The position numbers and the translations under genes were made by a program. From an uncultured delta proteobacterium (GTDB taxonomy: Bacteria > Desulfobacterota > Binatia > UBA9968): 64,000 nt of DNA. The first letter of the stretch is position 1, and every line of letters begins with the position of its first letter. The stretch lies in assembly GCA_963804165.1 (NCBI GenBank), contig CAWDPO010000003.1:224001-288000 (forward strand). Direction: 5' to 3'. The notes beneath the pieces were generated by a model that was not told the DNA's origin, searched no databases, and saw nothing but the letters and a program-made list of their open reading frames with translations. Positions 20,487 to 29,108 of the stretch are shown here, piece after piece.

Positions 20487-21695
20487 CTAATACAAAACTT
20501 TCTCTTCATCTAATTTCTTTATTTCAGCGTCGTTAAGACCGAGCAGATTTCTCGCGATCTCGTGCGTATGCTCGCCCATCAGCGGCGCAACGCCGCGCAC
20601 TTTGCCGGGTGTCTCCGACAAGCGCATGGGAACGTTTTCGGTCACCACGTCGCCGGCTTCGGGCTCGGTCAGATTGACCAGATAGCCCGTCGCGGCGTAC
20701 TGCTTGTCGCGTTTGAACTGATCCTCGACATCCTGCACGACGGCGGCGCAAATGCCGATCCCTTGCAGCGTCTCCATGACTTCGTACGGATCATGCTGCG
20801 CCGTCCAGGTGGTGATCCATTTATCCAATTCGTCTCTATGGCGCACGCGCTGCAAGTGAGTGGCGAATTTTGGATCGCGCTTCAAGCCCGACTTTTCGAG
20901 GAGCCTGACCAATCGCTCCCACTCGTCCTCGTGATAAACAGAGATGACGCACCAGCGATCGTCGCCTTGGCACCGGTACGGTCCGTAGGGGGCGGCGATC
21001 AAACTGCGGTTACCCTCGGGTTTCGGCTCGCGCTTGTTGACGGTGTATTCGAGATATTTCGGGCCGAGAATCGACGCGCCGATTTCCTGCTGCGCGCTGT
21101 CGATCCACTGACCGCAGCCGATTTTTTTCCGTTGAATCAACGCGCACACGACGCCGAACGCCCCGGTGACGCCGCCCATAAAATCGGGATGCTGCGTACG
21201 CGGCTCGGCGGTCGCCGTCGTCGCGTCCGGATAGTTCCACAGATAGGTCGTGGCCATTGTATTACCGACGTTGGGTCCATAGGTGAGATCGGCCGCGTGC
21301 GGGCCCGTGCAGCCCATGCCCTTAACGCGGATCAAAATGATATTCGGGTTGATCTTTTTTAAGTCCGGCCAGTCGAGGCCCCATTTTTCGAGAATGCCTA
21401 AACCGAAATTTTCCACCAGCACGTCGGATTTCTTCGCCAGCTCTCTGACCAGCTCGCGGCCTTTGGGCGTCTGCATGTTGACGGTGAAAGATTTCTTGCC
21501 GCGCTGGAGCTTCATGAAGTCAGGTTTCTTGTTCCACAATTTCGGGTCTTCGCCGCGATGGCCGTCGCCGCGCAGGCGCGTCTCGCAGCGGATTACTTCG
21601 GCGCCGAATTCACCGAGCACGCGGGCGACGGTGGGCCCGGCAGCGCCGGTGGTGAGTTCGATGACGCGTATTCCTTCAAGGGGAAACTTGCTCAT
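20487..21695 (-). CDS. Class III (CaiB/BaiF) CoA-transferase, probable catalytic subunit
   Basis: PLEGIRVIEL, GAEVIRCE, RGKKS, DVLVENF, HPDFMGG with the catalytic Asp, APLMGEHT; start moved to MSKF because the upstream extension is repeat DNA. Confidence 0.92.
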   Translation of the reverse strand: MSKFPLEGIRVIELTTGAAGPTVARVLGEFGAEVIRCETRLRGDGHRGEDPKLWNKKPDFMKLQRGKKSFTVNMQTPKGRELVRELAKKSDVLVENFGLGILEKWGLDWPDLKKINPNIILIRVKGMGCTGPHAADLTYGPNVGNTMATTYLWNYPDATTATAEPRTQHPDFMGGVTGAFGVVCALIQRKKIGCGQWIDSAQQEIGASILGPKYLEYTVNKREPKPEGNRSLIAAPYGPYRCQGDDRWCVISVYHEDEWERLVRLLEKSGLKRDPKFATHLQRVRHRDELDKWITTWTAQHDPYEVMETLQGIGICAAVVQDVEDQFKRDKQYAATGYLVNLTEPEAGDVVTENVPMRLSETPGKVRGVAPLMGEHTHEIARNLLGLNDAEIKKLDEEKVLY

Positions 21696-21710
21696 AGTGT
21701 TCTTTCCGGT

Positions 21711-21796
21711 TGGAGTAATCGAGTACTGGAGTATCGGAGTACTGGGTTTTTTCGAATTGCCCAACACTCCATTATTCCAATAGTCCATTATTCCAA
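21711..21796. repeat. Inverted octamer repeat arrays (TGGAGTAN / NTACTCCA-like)
   Basis: TGGAGTAA TCGAGTAC TGGAGTAT CGGAGTAC TGG ... CCAACACTCC ATTATTCC AATAGTCC ATTATTCCAA. Confidence 0.8.
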
Positions 21797-21803
21797 TTTA
21801 TCT

Positions 21804-23015
21804 TCAGATCACTCCTTCGGCGCTGAGCGCGATGAGATCGTCGTTGCTCATGCACAAGTCGCCGGCGTAGATTTCCTGGTTATGTTCGCCGAGTAGCGGG
21901 GCCGGTCGGTAGATGCTGCCCGGTGTTTCCATTAGGCGCGGCACGACGCCGAATTGTTTATATTTGCCGATCACCGGATGCTCCATATCGACGAAAAGCT
22001 CACGCGCCTTGGTCTGTTCCATCTCGATGAATTCCCCGGCGGTGTTGATCGGCGTGACGGCAATGCGGCGCTTCTGTCCTTCTTCGTAAAGCTCTTCTTT
22101 CGTATAGCGGCTACAAAATTCCGCGATGGCTCCCACCACGATGTCCGGGTGCTGCCGCCGATAGGACATCTTTTCGAACTCCGGCCCGGAGATCGACGCT
22201 GGACGTCCCATCCAGTCGACTAGCCGACGCCATTGCTCGATCGGGATTATAAAGATGCGCGCGTAACCGTTTTTTGTCGCATAAGGATCATAGAGATCTG
22301 TCTCTTCGCCTTTGCGCGAGGCGCGCGCCGGCTTTGCGCCGGTGTAACCATAGTTCGGTATAAAATAACCGGCGATATGACCGGCGCACTCGTGCATCGA
22401 TACATCGATGTATTGACCATTGCCGCCTTCGAGTCTGTGGTAGAGCGCGACCGCGATTCCAAAGGCGCCGTAGGTCGACGCCATGCCGTAAGCGATTTCT
22501 CCGGGCGGTTGCAGCGGCGGCTCGCCGGGCTCGCCCGCTAAATAGAGTAAATTACCAAGCGCTATGCCGGCCATGTCGTTGGCTTTGTAATCACGCCATG
22601 GGCCGGTCTGGCCGAAAGGCGTGAGCGCCGCATAGACGAGAGCGCGATTCTGCTCGCGCAATGTTTGGTAACCTATTCCCAACTCATCCATGCGTCCGGG
22701 ACGCGCGGTTTCGATAACGACGTCGGCCTTCTTGGCGAGCTCGAGAAGCACCGCGCGGCCGTCGGGCTTTTCCACGTCCAGTGTGATGCTGCGCTTGTTG
22801 GTATTGAAATGGAGGAAGTAGAGGCTTTTTTCCGGATGCGGCGTGTCGTCTTTAAAAGGCGGAATCCGCCGCGACTCATCGCCGGCAGGCGGCTCGATCT
22901 TGATCACATCGGCGCCCATGTCGGCCAAGAGCTTTGTGCAATGAAGTCCGAGCGGCCCCGCGAGATCGAGCACACGATAGTCAGACAATGGGCCGGTTCT
23001 GGTAAATCTATCCAT
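21804..23015 (-). CDS. Class III CoA-transferase, probable non-catalytic subunit
   Basis: LADMGADVIKIEPPAGD, NTNKRSITLD, PFGQTGP; the expected Asp position reads GEIAY. Confidence 0.9.
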   Translation of the reverse strand: MDRFTRTGPLSDYRVLDLAGPLGLHCTKLLADMGADVIKIEPPAGDESRRIPPFKDDTPHPEKSLYFLHFNTNKRSITLDVEKPDGRAVLLELAKKADVVIETARPGRMDELGIGYQTLREQNRALVYAALTPFGQTGPWRDYKANDMAGIALGNLLYLAGEPGEPPLQPPGEIAYGMASTYGAFGIAVALYHRLEGGNGQYIDVSMHECAGHIAGYFIPNYGYTGAKPARASRKGEETDLYDPYATKNGYARIFIIPIEQWRRLVDWMGRPASISGPEFEKMSYRRQHPDIVVGAIAEFCSRYTKEELYEEGQKRRIAVTPINTAGEFIEMEQTKARELFVDMEHPVIGKYKQFGVVPRLMETPGSIYRPAPLLGEHNQEIYAGDLCMSNDDLIALSAEGVI

Positions 23016-23313
23016 GAAATTCCTCGGAGAATGTGGCGAACTGTATTCGTCCGCGATTCTTACTTGGAGGTGGCGAGAGTGTCAAGGCGGCGGCAAGCAA
23101 AGTTTCTAGTTTTAAATTTGTAATTGCTACCAGGCGCAAAGCACGAACTCGCCATCGGAAACGGTATCTGCGATGCTGGCTTTTCGATTTACAAGCGGCG
23201 GCGACCTTAGTATGTATCGGGTGAATGAAAGCTCCGCGCAGCGGGGCGGCGCAATATTTTCGCGCGCATCGATGACGGCGTGCCGATTTCATGCTTGGAC
23301 TGTAAGGGTTTTC

Positions 23314-24375
23314 ATGGCGAGACCAAAGCTCAGAGCGGGCGCGGCGATAGGTATTTTGTACAGTGCGCTGGCGTTCTCGTTCGGAAACGAAATCATTCTC
23401 GCGCAATCGTCATTTTTTGAAGGCAAAACCGTTCGGATCGTCGTCGGATATCCGGCCGGTACGACGCACGACACCTGGGCGCGGCTCGCCGGTCAGTACA
23501 TGAAGAAATATATTCCGGGGAATCCTGATTTTCTCGTCCAGTCGATGACGGGTGCCGGCTCGATGGTTGCGGCCAATTATGTTTACGGCGTCGCTAAACC
23601 CGATGGGCTGACCCTCGCTACGTTCAACGCCGCGCTTTATTTCGAACAGCTCATCGGGCGCAAGGAAGTGCAATTCGACTGGTCGAGGATGGCCTGGATC
23701 GGCAGCTCGACGCCCGCGACACGGCTGTTTTATATCCGCGCCGATAGCCCACTTGCGACGATCGCCGAACTGCGAAAAGCTTCCGACCCGCCCAAGTGCG
23801 GCACCACGGGGCGTGGCACGACGGGTTACATTTTGCCGAAGCTTTTTGAGGAATCGCTTGGACTCAAGCTGGTAGTTGTAAGCGGCTATCCCGGCGGGGG
23901 CGAGGTCGATCTGGCGATCGAAAAGGGCGAAATTCAGTGCAACTCCACGTCGCTCTCCGTCTACTTCGGCCGCGAGCCCTTCGATAGCTGGCGCAAGAAA
24001 AATTTTGTGCGCGTGCTGATCCAGACCGGCCGCGCTCGCGATCCGCGCCTGCCGAACGTGCCGACGATTTACGAGCTGATGGACGAATACAAAACGCCGG
24101 AGGCGAGCCGACGGCTGACGGCGGCGTTCCTTGACGCGGGGCGCTTCGGCTCATGGCCCATCGTCGCGCCGCCAGGAGTTTCCACCGAGCGAGCGAAGAT
24201 CCTGCGCGACGCTTTTGCGAAGGCAGCGAGCGATCCAACTTTCATTGCTGAGGCGAATAAAAAACAACTGGAGGTCGAGCCGATCCGGGGCGAGGACCTC
24301 GCGGTTTTGGCCAAAGAAGTCATGGCGCAACCGCCGGAAGTGATCGCGAGGCTGAAAGAATTGCTAGGACAATGA
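23314..24375 (+). CDS. Bug/TctC tripartite tricarboxylate transporter substrate-binding protein
   Basis: GKTVRIVVGYPAG, GAGSMVAANY..AKPDGLT, GYPGG..LAIEKGE, RDPRLPNVPT. Confidence 0.9.
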   Translation: MARPKLRAGAAIGILYSALAFSFGNEIILAQSSFFEGKTVRIVVGYPAGTTHDTWARLAGQYMKKYIPGNPDFLVQSMTGAGSMVAANYVYGVAKPDGLTLATFNAALYFEQLIGRKEVQFDWSRMAWIGSSTPATRLFYIRADSPLATIAELRKASDPPKCGTTGRGTTGYILPKLFEESLGLKLVVVSGYPGGGEVDLAIEKGEIQCNSTSLSVYFGREPFDSWRKKNFVRVLIQTGRARDPRLPNVPTIYELMDEYKTPEASRRLTAAFLDAGRFGSWPIVAPPGVSTERAKILRDAFAKAASDPTFIAEANKKQLEVEPIRGEDLAVLAKEVMAQPPEVIARLKELLGQ

Positions 24376-24448
24376 ATAACGACCGTGGTCTGGCAGCGAC
24401 AAGCGATGGCGCGCGCAGTGGCGAAATAAGACACGGGGAGAAATTTCG

Positions 24449-25453
24449 TTGATGACGTTGTGGAAAAGCGCGCGAGGCGTTGTCCTCGGTCTCGGGATAA
24501 CGGCCGCGCTGTTGATCTCGGCACGGGCTCTGGCCGCCGACAAAGTCCGCATGGCGTACGTAAGCCCGAGCGTGTCGCTGTCGTTGCCCTGGGTGGCCAG
24601 GGAAACTGGGATTCTCGCCAAGCATGATTTAGTCGCCGAGGTTCTTCTTATCACGGGCAGTCCGAGATTGGTTCAATCCCTCATCGCTGGCGACGTCGAT
24701 GTCGCCTTCGCCGGCATCACCGCGATAACCCGCGCGCGGGTGCGCGGCGCCGACGTCGCGATTCTCGGCGCCTCGGCCAATGTTTCAAGCCAAAAGCTCA
24801 TGGTCGGCCGAAATTCGAAAGCACGCCGTGTCGAAGATTTGAAAGGGGCGATCATCGGCGTGTCGCAGTACGGTTCGGAAGCGGACACCTTCACACGCAA
24901 TGCGCTGGCGCTGGCTGGACTGAAGCCGGACAAGGACGTGACGATTCTTCAGCTCGGCGGTCATCCGCAGGTCGCCGCCGCGATGGTCGCGGGCAAACTC
25001 GACGTCGGCGCGCTGGCCGGTCTCGCCGCGTTGACTGCGGAAAAAGCCGGCGCGAGGCTTCTTGCCAGCGCCTCCGAATTAAAAATTCTTTCGCCTTCGG
25101 GCACCTTTGCCGCGACTCGCGGATTTATCCAGCGCAGACGCGGCGTGGTCGATCGGCTGATGCGTTCCTTCGTCGAGGTAATTCACTTTTTAAAGACAAA
25201 TCGCACCGGCTCAATCACGCTGCTGCAGAAATATTTCGGCGGCTTGAGCGCCGAAGAGGCGAGTTATCTTTACCAGGAGCAGATCGATTTGATGGAAGTT
25301 CTGCCCGCGCCCAACGAGAAAGCGCTGCAGGCGGTGCTCGATCGCGAAATCGATCCGAAGGCAAAGAGTTTTTCTACGGCAGACTTCGTCGACGCGAGCT
25401 TTTTTAGAGAAATTGAAAAGGGCGGTATGATCGAGCAATTGTATCGGAGGTAA
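24449..25453 (+). CDS. NMT1/THI5/SsuA-like substrate-binding protein
   Basis: Signal peptide, LIAGDVD, DLKGAIIGVSQYGS, GLKPDKDV. Confidence 0.88.
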   Translation: MMTLWKSARGVVLGLGITAALLISARALAADKVRMAYVSPSVSLSLPWVARETGILAKHDLVAEVLLITGSPRLVQSLIAGDVDVAFAGITAITRARVRGADVAILGASANVSSQKLMVGRNSKARRVEDLKGAIIGVSQYGSEADTFTRNALALAGLKPDKDVTILQLGGHPQVAAAMVAGKLDVGALAGLAALTAEKAGARLLASASELKILSPSGTFAATRGFIQRRRGVVDRLMRSFVEVIHFLKTNRTGSITLLQKYFGGLSAEEASYLYQEQIDLMEVLPAPNEKALQAVLDREIDPKAKSFSTADFVDASFFREIEKGGMIEQLYRR

Positions 25454-25487
25454 ATAGGATAGGTTCTTAACAAGAAAGGAGACAACC

Positions 25488-25853
25488 ATGGCACGTATCA
25501 GACATATAGCATTACTCACGAAGGATACCGAGAAACTTGCGGCGTTTTACAAGACATCCTTCGGTCTCAATGAGGTCGCGCGCAGCGGCGAAGCGAGCGA
25601 ACATGGCCGGGCAATTTATCTCTCCGACGGACACATCAATCTCGCCGTTCTCCCGGCGCGTAATCGTCGCGAGGGAATTTACCATTTCGGCATGGAAGTG
25701 GAGGATGTGAAGACAGCCGCGCAAACGGCACTCGCCGCCGGCGCCACCGGGGGCACCGCCGAGCTCCCCCGGGACGGACGCTTCGCCGAAACTTTTGTCC
25801 TCGATCCGGTGGGGACGCGCGTCGATCTGTCTCTGGGATGGAAGGTGTCCTAG
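25488..25853 (+). CDS. VOC/glyoxalase family protein
   Basis: IRHIAL, YLSDGHINLA, GIYHFGMEVED, DPVGTRVDLS; AGGAG RBS. Confidence 0.9.
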   Translation: MARIRHIALLTKDTEKLAAFYKTSFGLNEVARSGEASEHGRAIYLSDGHINLAVLPARNRREGIYHFGMEVEDVKTAAQTALAAGATGGTAELPRDGRFAETFVLDPVGTRVDLSLGWKVS

Positions 25854-25891
25854 CGCCTTCCGCTCGAGAGTGGAGCAATTGAAAATCTATT

Positions 25892-25932
25892 GAGTCGGGC
25901 AGCTAAATCGGCCGCCCGACTCGTCAGTTTTA
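25892..25932 (+). terminator. Putative intrinsic terminator hairpin
   Basis: 9-bp stem GAGTCGGGC/GCCCGACTC followed after a few bases by a T-run. Confidence 0.5.
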
Positions 25933-25975
25933 TTATTAAATCCGAGCGGCGGCGCGGAGTCGTCGTCTCCAGAGT

Positions 25976-26285
25976 CTAATTGACGGCAAAGCAGGGGAAC
26001 AAGCCGTTGCGGCCTGAGCCGTGCAGAGTTTCTTGGCTGCGTTCGCTGCCTTCTTCGCGTTGCTCGTGCAGTTGCGGCAGATCACGTCTTCGCTACAGTG
26101 AGCACCCCCCCTGTCCGGCTGGGAATCGGTCAAAATATCGCGCGTATCAGGTTTGTCCCGCGGCCGATTTATCGGCGAGCCTTTTTCGTTCAGCGCCGTT
26201 TCCTTGCTGAGTTTATTGTCGGCGCTATGGAGATTGTTAACATCGCGCGCGATGACGAGACCTTTGGCGTTCTGCCACGGGCCAG
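25976..26285 (-). pseudogene. Remnant of a secreted lectin-like (endostatin/C-type lectin fold) gene
   Basis: Minus-strand frames give GPWQNAKGLVIARDVNNLHSADNKLSKETALNEKG.., DILTDSQPD.., CRNCTS.., NGLFPCFAVN*; N-terminus missing, frameshifts and an internal deletion. Confidence 0.65.
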
Positions 26286-26321
26286 GCTAATTTTTTAGGC
26301 TGGCATAATCTTTTTTGATCC

Positions 26322-27122
26322 CTATTGCGCCATGACGAGGCGGAGCCCAACCAGACCGAGGGCGGCAGCTAGGCTGCGAATAATCCAGTCGCCATGGATG
26401 TGCCGCGACAGTCTTGCGGCGATCTGCGCGCCGAGGATGGCGCCGATCGAAAGCGCAACGGCGCGACGCACTCCGTGATGGAATAGACCGGCGGCGACGT
26501 GAGTCGCAGTCCCCGTAAAGGCGGTGAGGGTCAAAACAAACAGCGACGTGGCGGTGGCGATATGGATCGGGAAGCGCAGCAGGTAAATCAGCGCGGGGAC
26601 GTAGAGAAAGCCACCGCCGATACCCAAAAAGCTCGACACGAAACCGAAGACCGTGCTCAAGCCCGCGCCAATGAGCAATGTGGGAAAAGTTAGGTTTCGT
26701 CCCATGTTAGTTTCGAGATCCAGTTGCGCGATTGCCGCCGTACTTTTCTTGCGGGGACTGAAGACCAAAAAGATCGCTACAGCAACCAAGAGCAGACCAA
26801 AGACGAGATTGAAGTGCACCCGGCTTATGGCCGTAGTCGCAAGCGCGCCGGCAACTGCTCCGGGCATTGTCGCGATCGCGAAAATCACTCCCCATTTAAA
26901 ATCGATCCGGCTGGATCGCGCGTACACCAGGGTTCCTGAGAGGGCGTTAAAGAAAACCACGGCCAGGGAAATGCTCGTGATCGTTTCCGGGGCTTCGTCG
27001 GGATAGATCAACAGCAATGCGGGAGCGAGAACGAAACCGCCGCCGGCGCCGATTAACGTGCCGTAGCCGCCGGCAAGAAAACCGAGTGGGATGAGCCAAA
27101 GAAGATGGAGATACTGATCCAT
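26322..27122 (-). CDS. TauE/SafE family sulfite exporter
   Basis: Repeated GTLIGAGGG..P and SSFLGIGGG..VP, IATATSLF; ~8 hydrophobic segments. Confidence 0.9.
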   Translation of the reverse strand: MDQYLHLLWLIPLGFLAGGYGTLIGAGGGFVLAPALLLIYPDEAPETITSISLAVVFFNALSGTLVYARSSRIDFKWGVIFAIATMPGAVAGALATTAISRVHFNLVFGLLLVAVAIFLVFSPRKKSTAAIAQLDLETNMGRNLTFPTLLIGAGLSTVFGFVSSFLGIGGGFLYVPALIYLLRFPIHIATATSLFVLTLTAFTGTATHVAAGLFHHGVRRAVALSIGAILGAQIAARLSRHIHGDWIIRSLAAALGLVGLRLVMAQ

Positions 27123-27394
27123 CGGAAGCTTTTATATTGCGGTTGACGTTCATTCAACACTTGGATCCCGCGCCGGCACGGAAATGGTGCGGGCCTTTGG
27201 TCGATTCGCGATAATCGATTCGAGAGAGCTGCGCGGGATTGGCAAATATCCACGTCTTAAGAACGACGGTGCTAATTTGTGCATCGAGCTAAACTGCCGT
27301 GTTATGATACGTGAGACAGGGCGTGACAGAGTCGGGCGAAGCGCGTCAGACTCGCATATCACCAATGCCCCGGTACCGGCATCATACTTAGTTG

Positions 27395-27785
27395 CCCAGG
27401 TGTTTCGCGGCGTGCTGCGTGGACTTTACGTTCGTGGGCTCACGAAAGTCTTCGCGGGTTGATTGGGTCAACCTCAGTGGGTGCTTCTCGACCGTTTGTT
27501 TTTGCCGCGCTGGGTATAGACTGGACTGAACAAATCTGTTTCATGTAGAGGAGTAGGGTTCGGTGGCGGGGAAGTAGCGGCGATCATCGTGAAGCCGCGT
27601 TCCAGATTGGATGTCCTTGCTGGTAGTCGGAACAGGATATCGGATTGACGACGGCCGCGCGCCGCTGCCGGCAGTTTTTCACTAAAAAGCTCATCGGCGA
27701 TTCGCTGAGATTTACGGCGCTTCGCTATTCTTGAATATCGACACGAGACGATTGCCGCTAGCAGTCGTCAATCGAGGAAAGGATC
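27395..27785 (+). ncRNA. Candidate structured 5' leader or ncRNA upstream of the glycosylglycerate operon
   Basis: Nested stems CCCAG..CGCGGC/GCCGCGCTGGG, TTCGTG/CACGAA, GGTTGA/TCAACC, GATGTCCT/AGGATATC and GATTGACGAC/GTCGTCAATC next to the RBS. Confidence 0.45.
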
Positions 27786-27791
27786 CATGCC

Positions 27792-29075
27792 ATGGAATAC
27801 GATACCGCCTTTCGGCCCTACCTGGCCAAGCGCATCGAACAGATCGAGTCAGCGGACATCGTCGTCGGTATCCCTTGCTACAATAACGACGCTACGATAG
27901 TACACGTTATCAAGCAGGTCAGCCGCGGCCTTGCCAAGCATTACAAATCGGCGCGCTCGGTCATCTTGATCTCCGACGGCGGCTCCACTGACGATACCCG
28001 CGAGGTTGCTCGCGAGGAAGAGATCATGCCATGGCAGGAGAAGATCGTTTTCGTCTATCGCGGTTTGGCCGGCAAAGGCACCGCGCTGCGGGCAATCTTC
28101 GAAGCGGCGGATAAGCTCGGCGCGAGCGCCTGCGTGGTGGTAGACGCGGACTTGCGGAGCATCACCCCGGACTGGATTCGATATCTCCTGGAGCCGGTAC
28201 TGGAAAAAAACTTCGACTACGTCGCGCCGATGTATTCGCGCTACAAATGGGACGGTACGATCACCAACAACGTAGCGTACAATTTAACGCGATCGCTTTA
28301 CGGCAAGCGCATCCGCCAGCCGATCGGCGGCGACTTCGGGCTGTCGAAAAATACCATCCGCTCCTATCTCACGCAAAACGTTTGGATGACGGATGTCGCC
28401 CGTTTCGGCATCGATATCTGGATGACCACCCAGGCCATCGCGAGCGGCTGCCGGGTCTGCCAAGCCAATCTCGGCGTGAAAGTTCACGATCCGAAAGATC
28501 CCGGCGTGGCTCTCGGCCCGATGTTCCGCCAGGTCGTTTGGACGCTTTTTACGCTGATGGAACAGCATGCTCCGGTGTGGAAGGACGTTCGTGGGAGCGA
28601 GCCGATCGAAAGTTTCGGTTCAACGGAATCTCCCGAGCCCGAGCCCATCAACGTCAACCAGGAGTTGTTGATCCAGAATTTCAAGTTGGCGTTTCAACAT
28701 TTTGGCGCGCTCTGGAAAGATCTGCTGAGCTCGTCTTCCTATGGTGTGGTGCAAAAGCTCGCCGCTTCAGAGCGCAAGAATTTTTTCCTCGACGCCACTT
28801 CCTGGGCGCACATTCTTTACGAGATCGCCGCGATCTTTCATCACTGGCCTAAGGACCGCGCCAAGCTGGTCGATCTGATGAGCCCCCTTTACGAGGCCCG
28901 GGTCGCTTCCTTTATAAATGAAACCGCCGAGATGACCACCGCGGAGTCCGAACAGGTCGTCGAACGGCAGGCGGAAGTTTTCGAGCAAGAGAAATCCTAT
29001 CTGCTCAATCGCTGGGAGACCGATGACAGCGGTCCCAAACCGAAGAGCTTGTTGCAAAAGGTGATCGGTGGTTGA
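27792..29075 (+). CDS. ggs: Single-step glucosylglycerate synthase-like glycosyltransferase (Ggs/Mgs-related)
   Basis: DIVVGIPCYNN, DGGSTDDT, GKGTALRAIFEAA, VVDADLRSITP.W, KWDGTITN, IRQPIGGDF, FGIDIWMTT, HDPKDPG. Confidence 0.75.
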   Translation: MEYDTAFRPYLAKRIEQIESADIVVGIPCYNNDATIVHVIKQVSRGLAKHYKSARSVILISDGGSTDDTREVAREEEIMPWQEKIVFVYRGLAGKGTALRAIFEAADKLGASACVVVDADLRSITPDWIRYLLEPVLEKNFDYVAPMYSRYKWDGTITNNVAYNLTRSLYGKRIRQPIGGDFGLSKNTIRSYLTQNVWMTDVARFGIDIWMTTQAIASGCRVCQANLGVKVHDPKDPGVALGPMFRQVVWTLFTLMEQHAPVWKDVRGSEPIESFGSTESPEPEPINVNQELLIQNFKLAFQHFGALWKDLLSSSSYGVVQKLAASERKNFFLDATSWAHILYEIAAIFHHWPKDRAKLVDLMSPLYEARVASFINETAEMTTAESEQVVERQAEVFEQEKSYLLNRWETDDSGPKPKSLLQKVIGG

Positions 29076-29108
29076 TATGAGCGAAATCGACTCGGAGCTC
29101 TCATTCTC

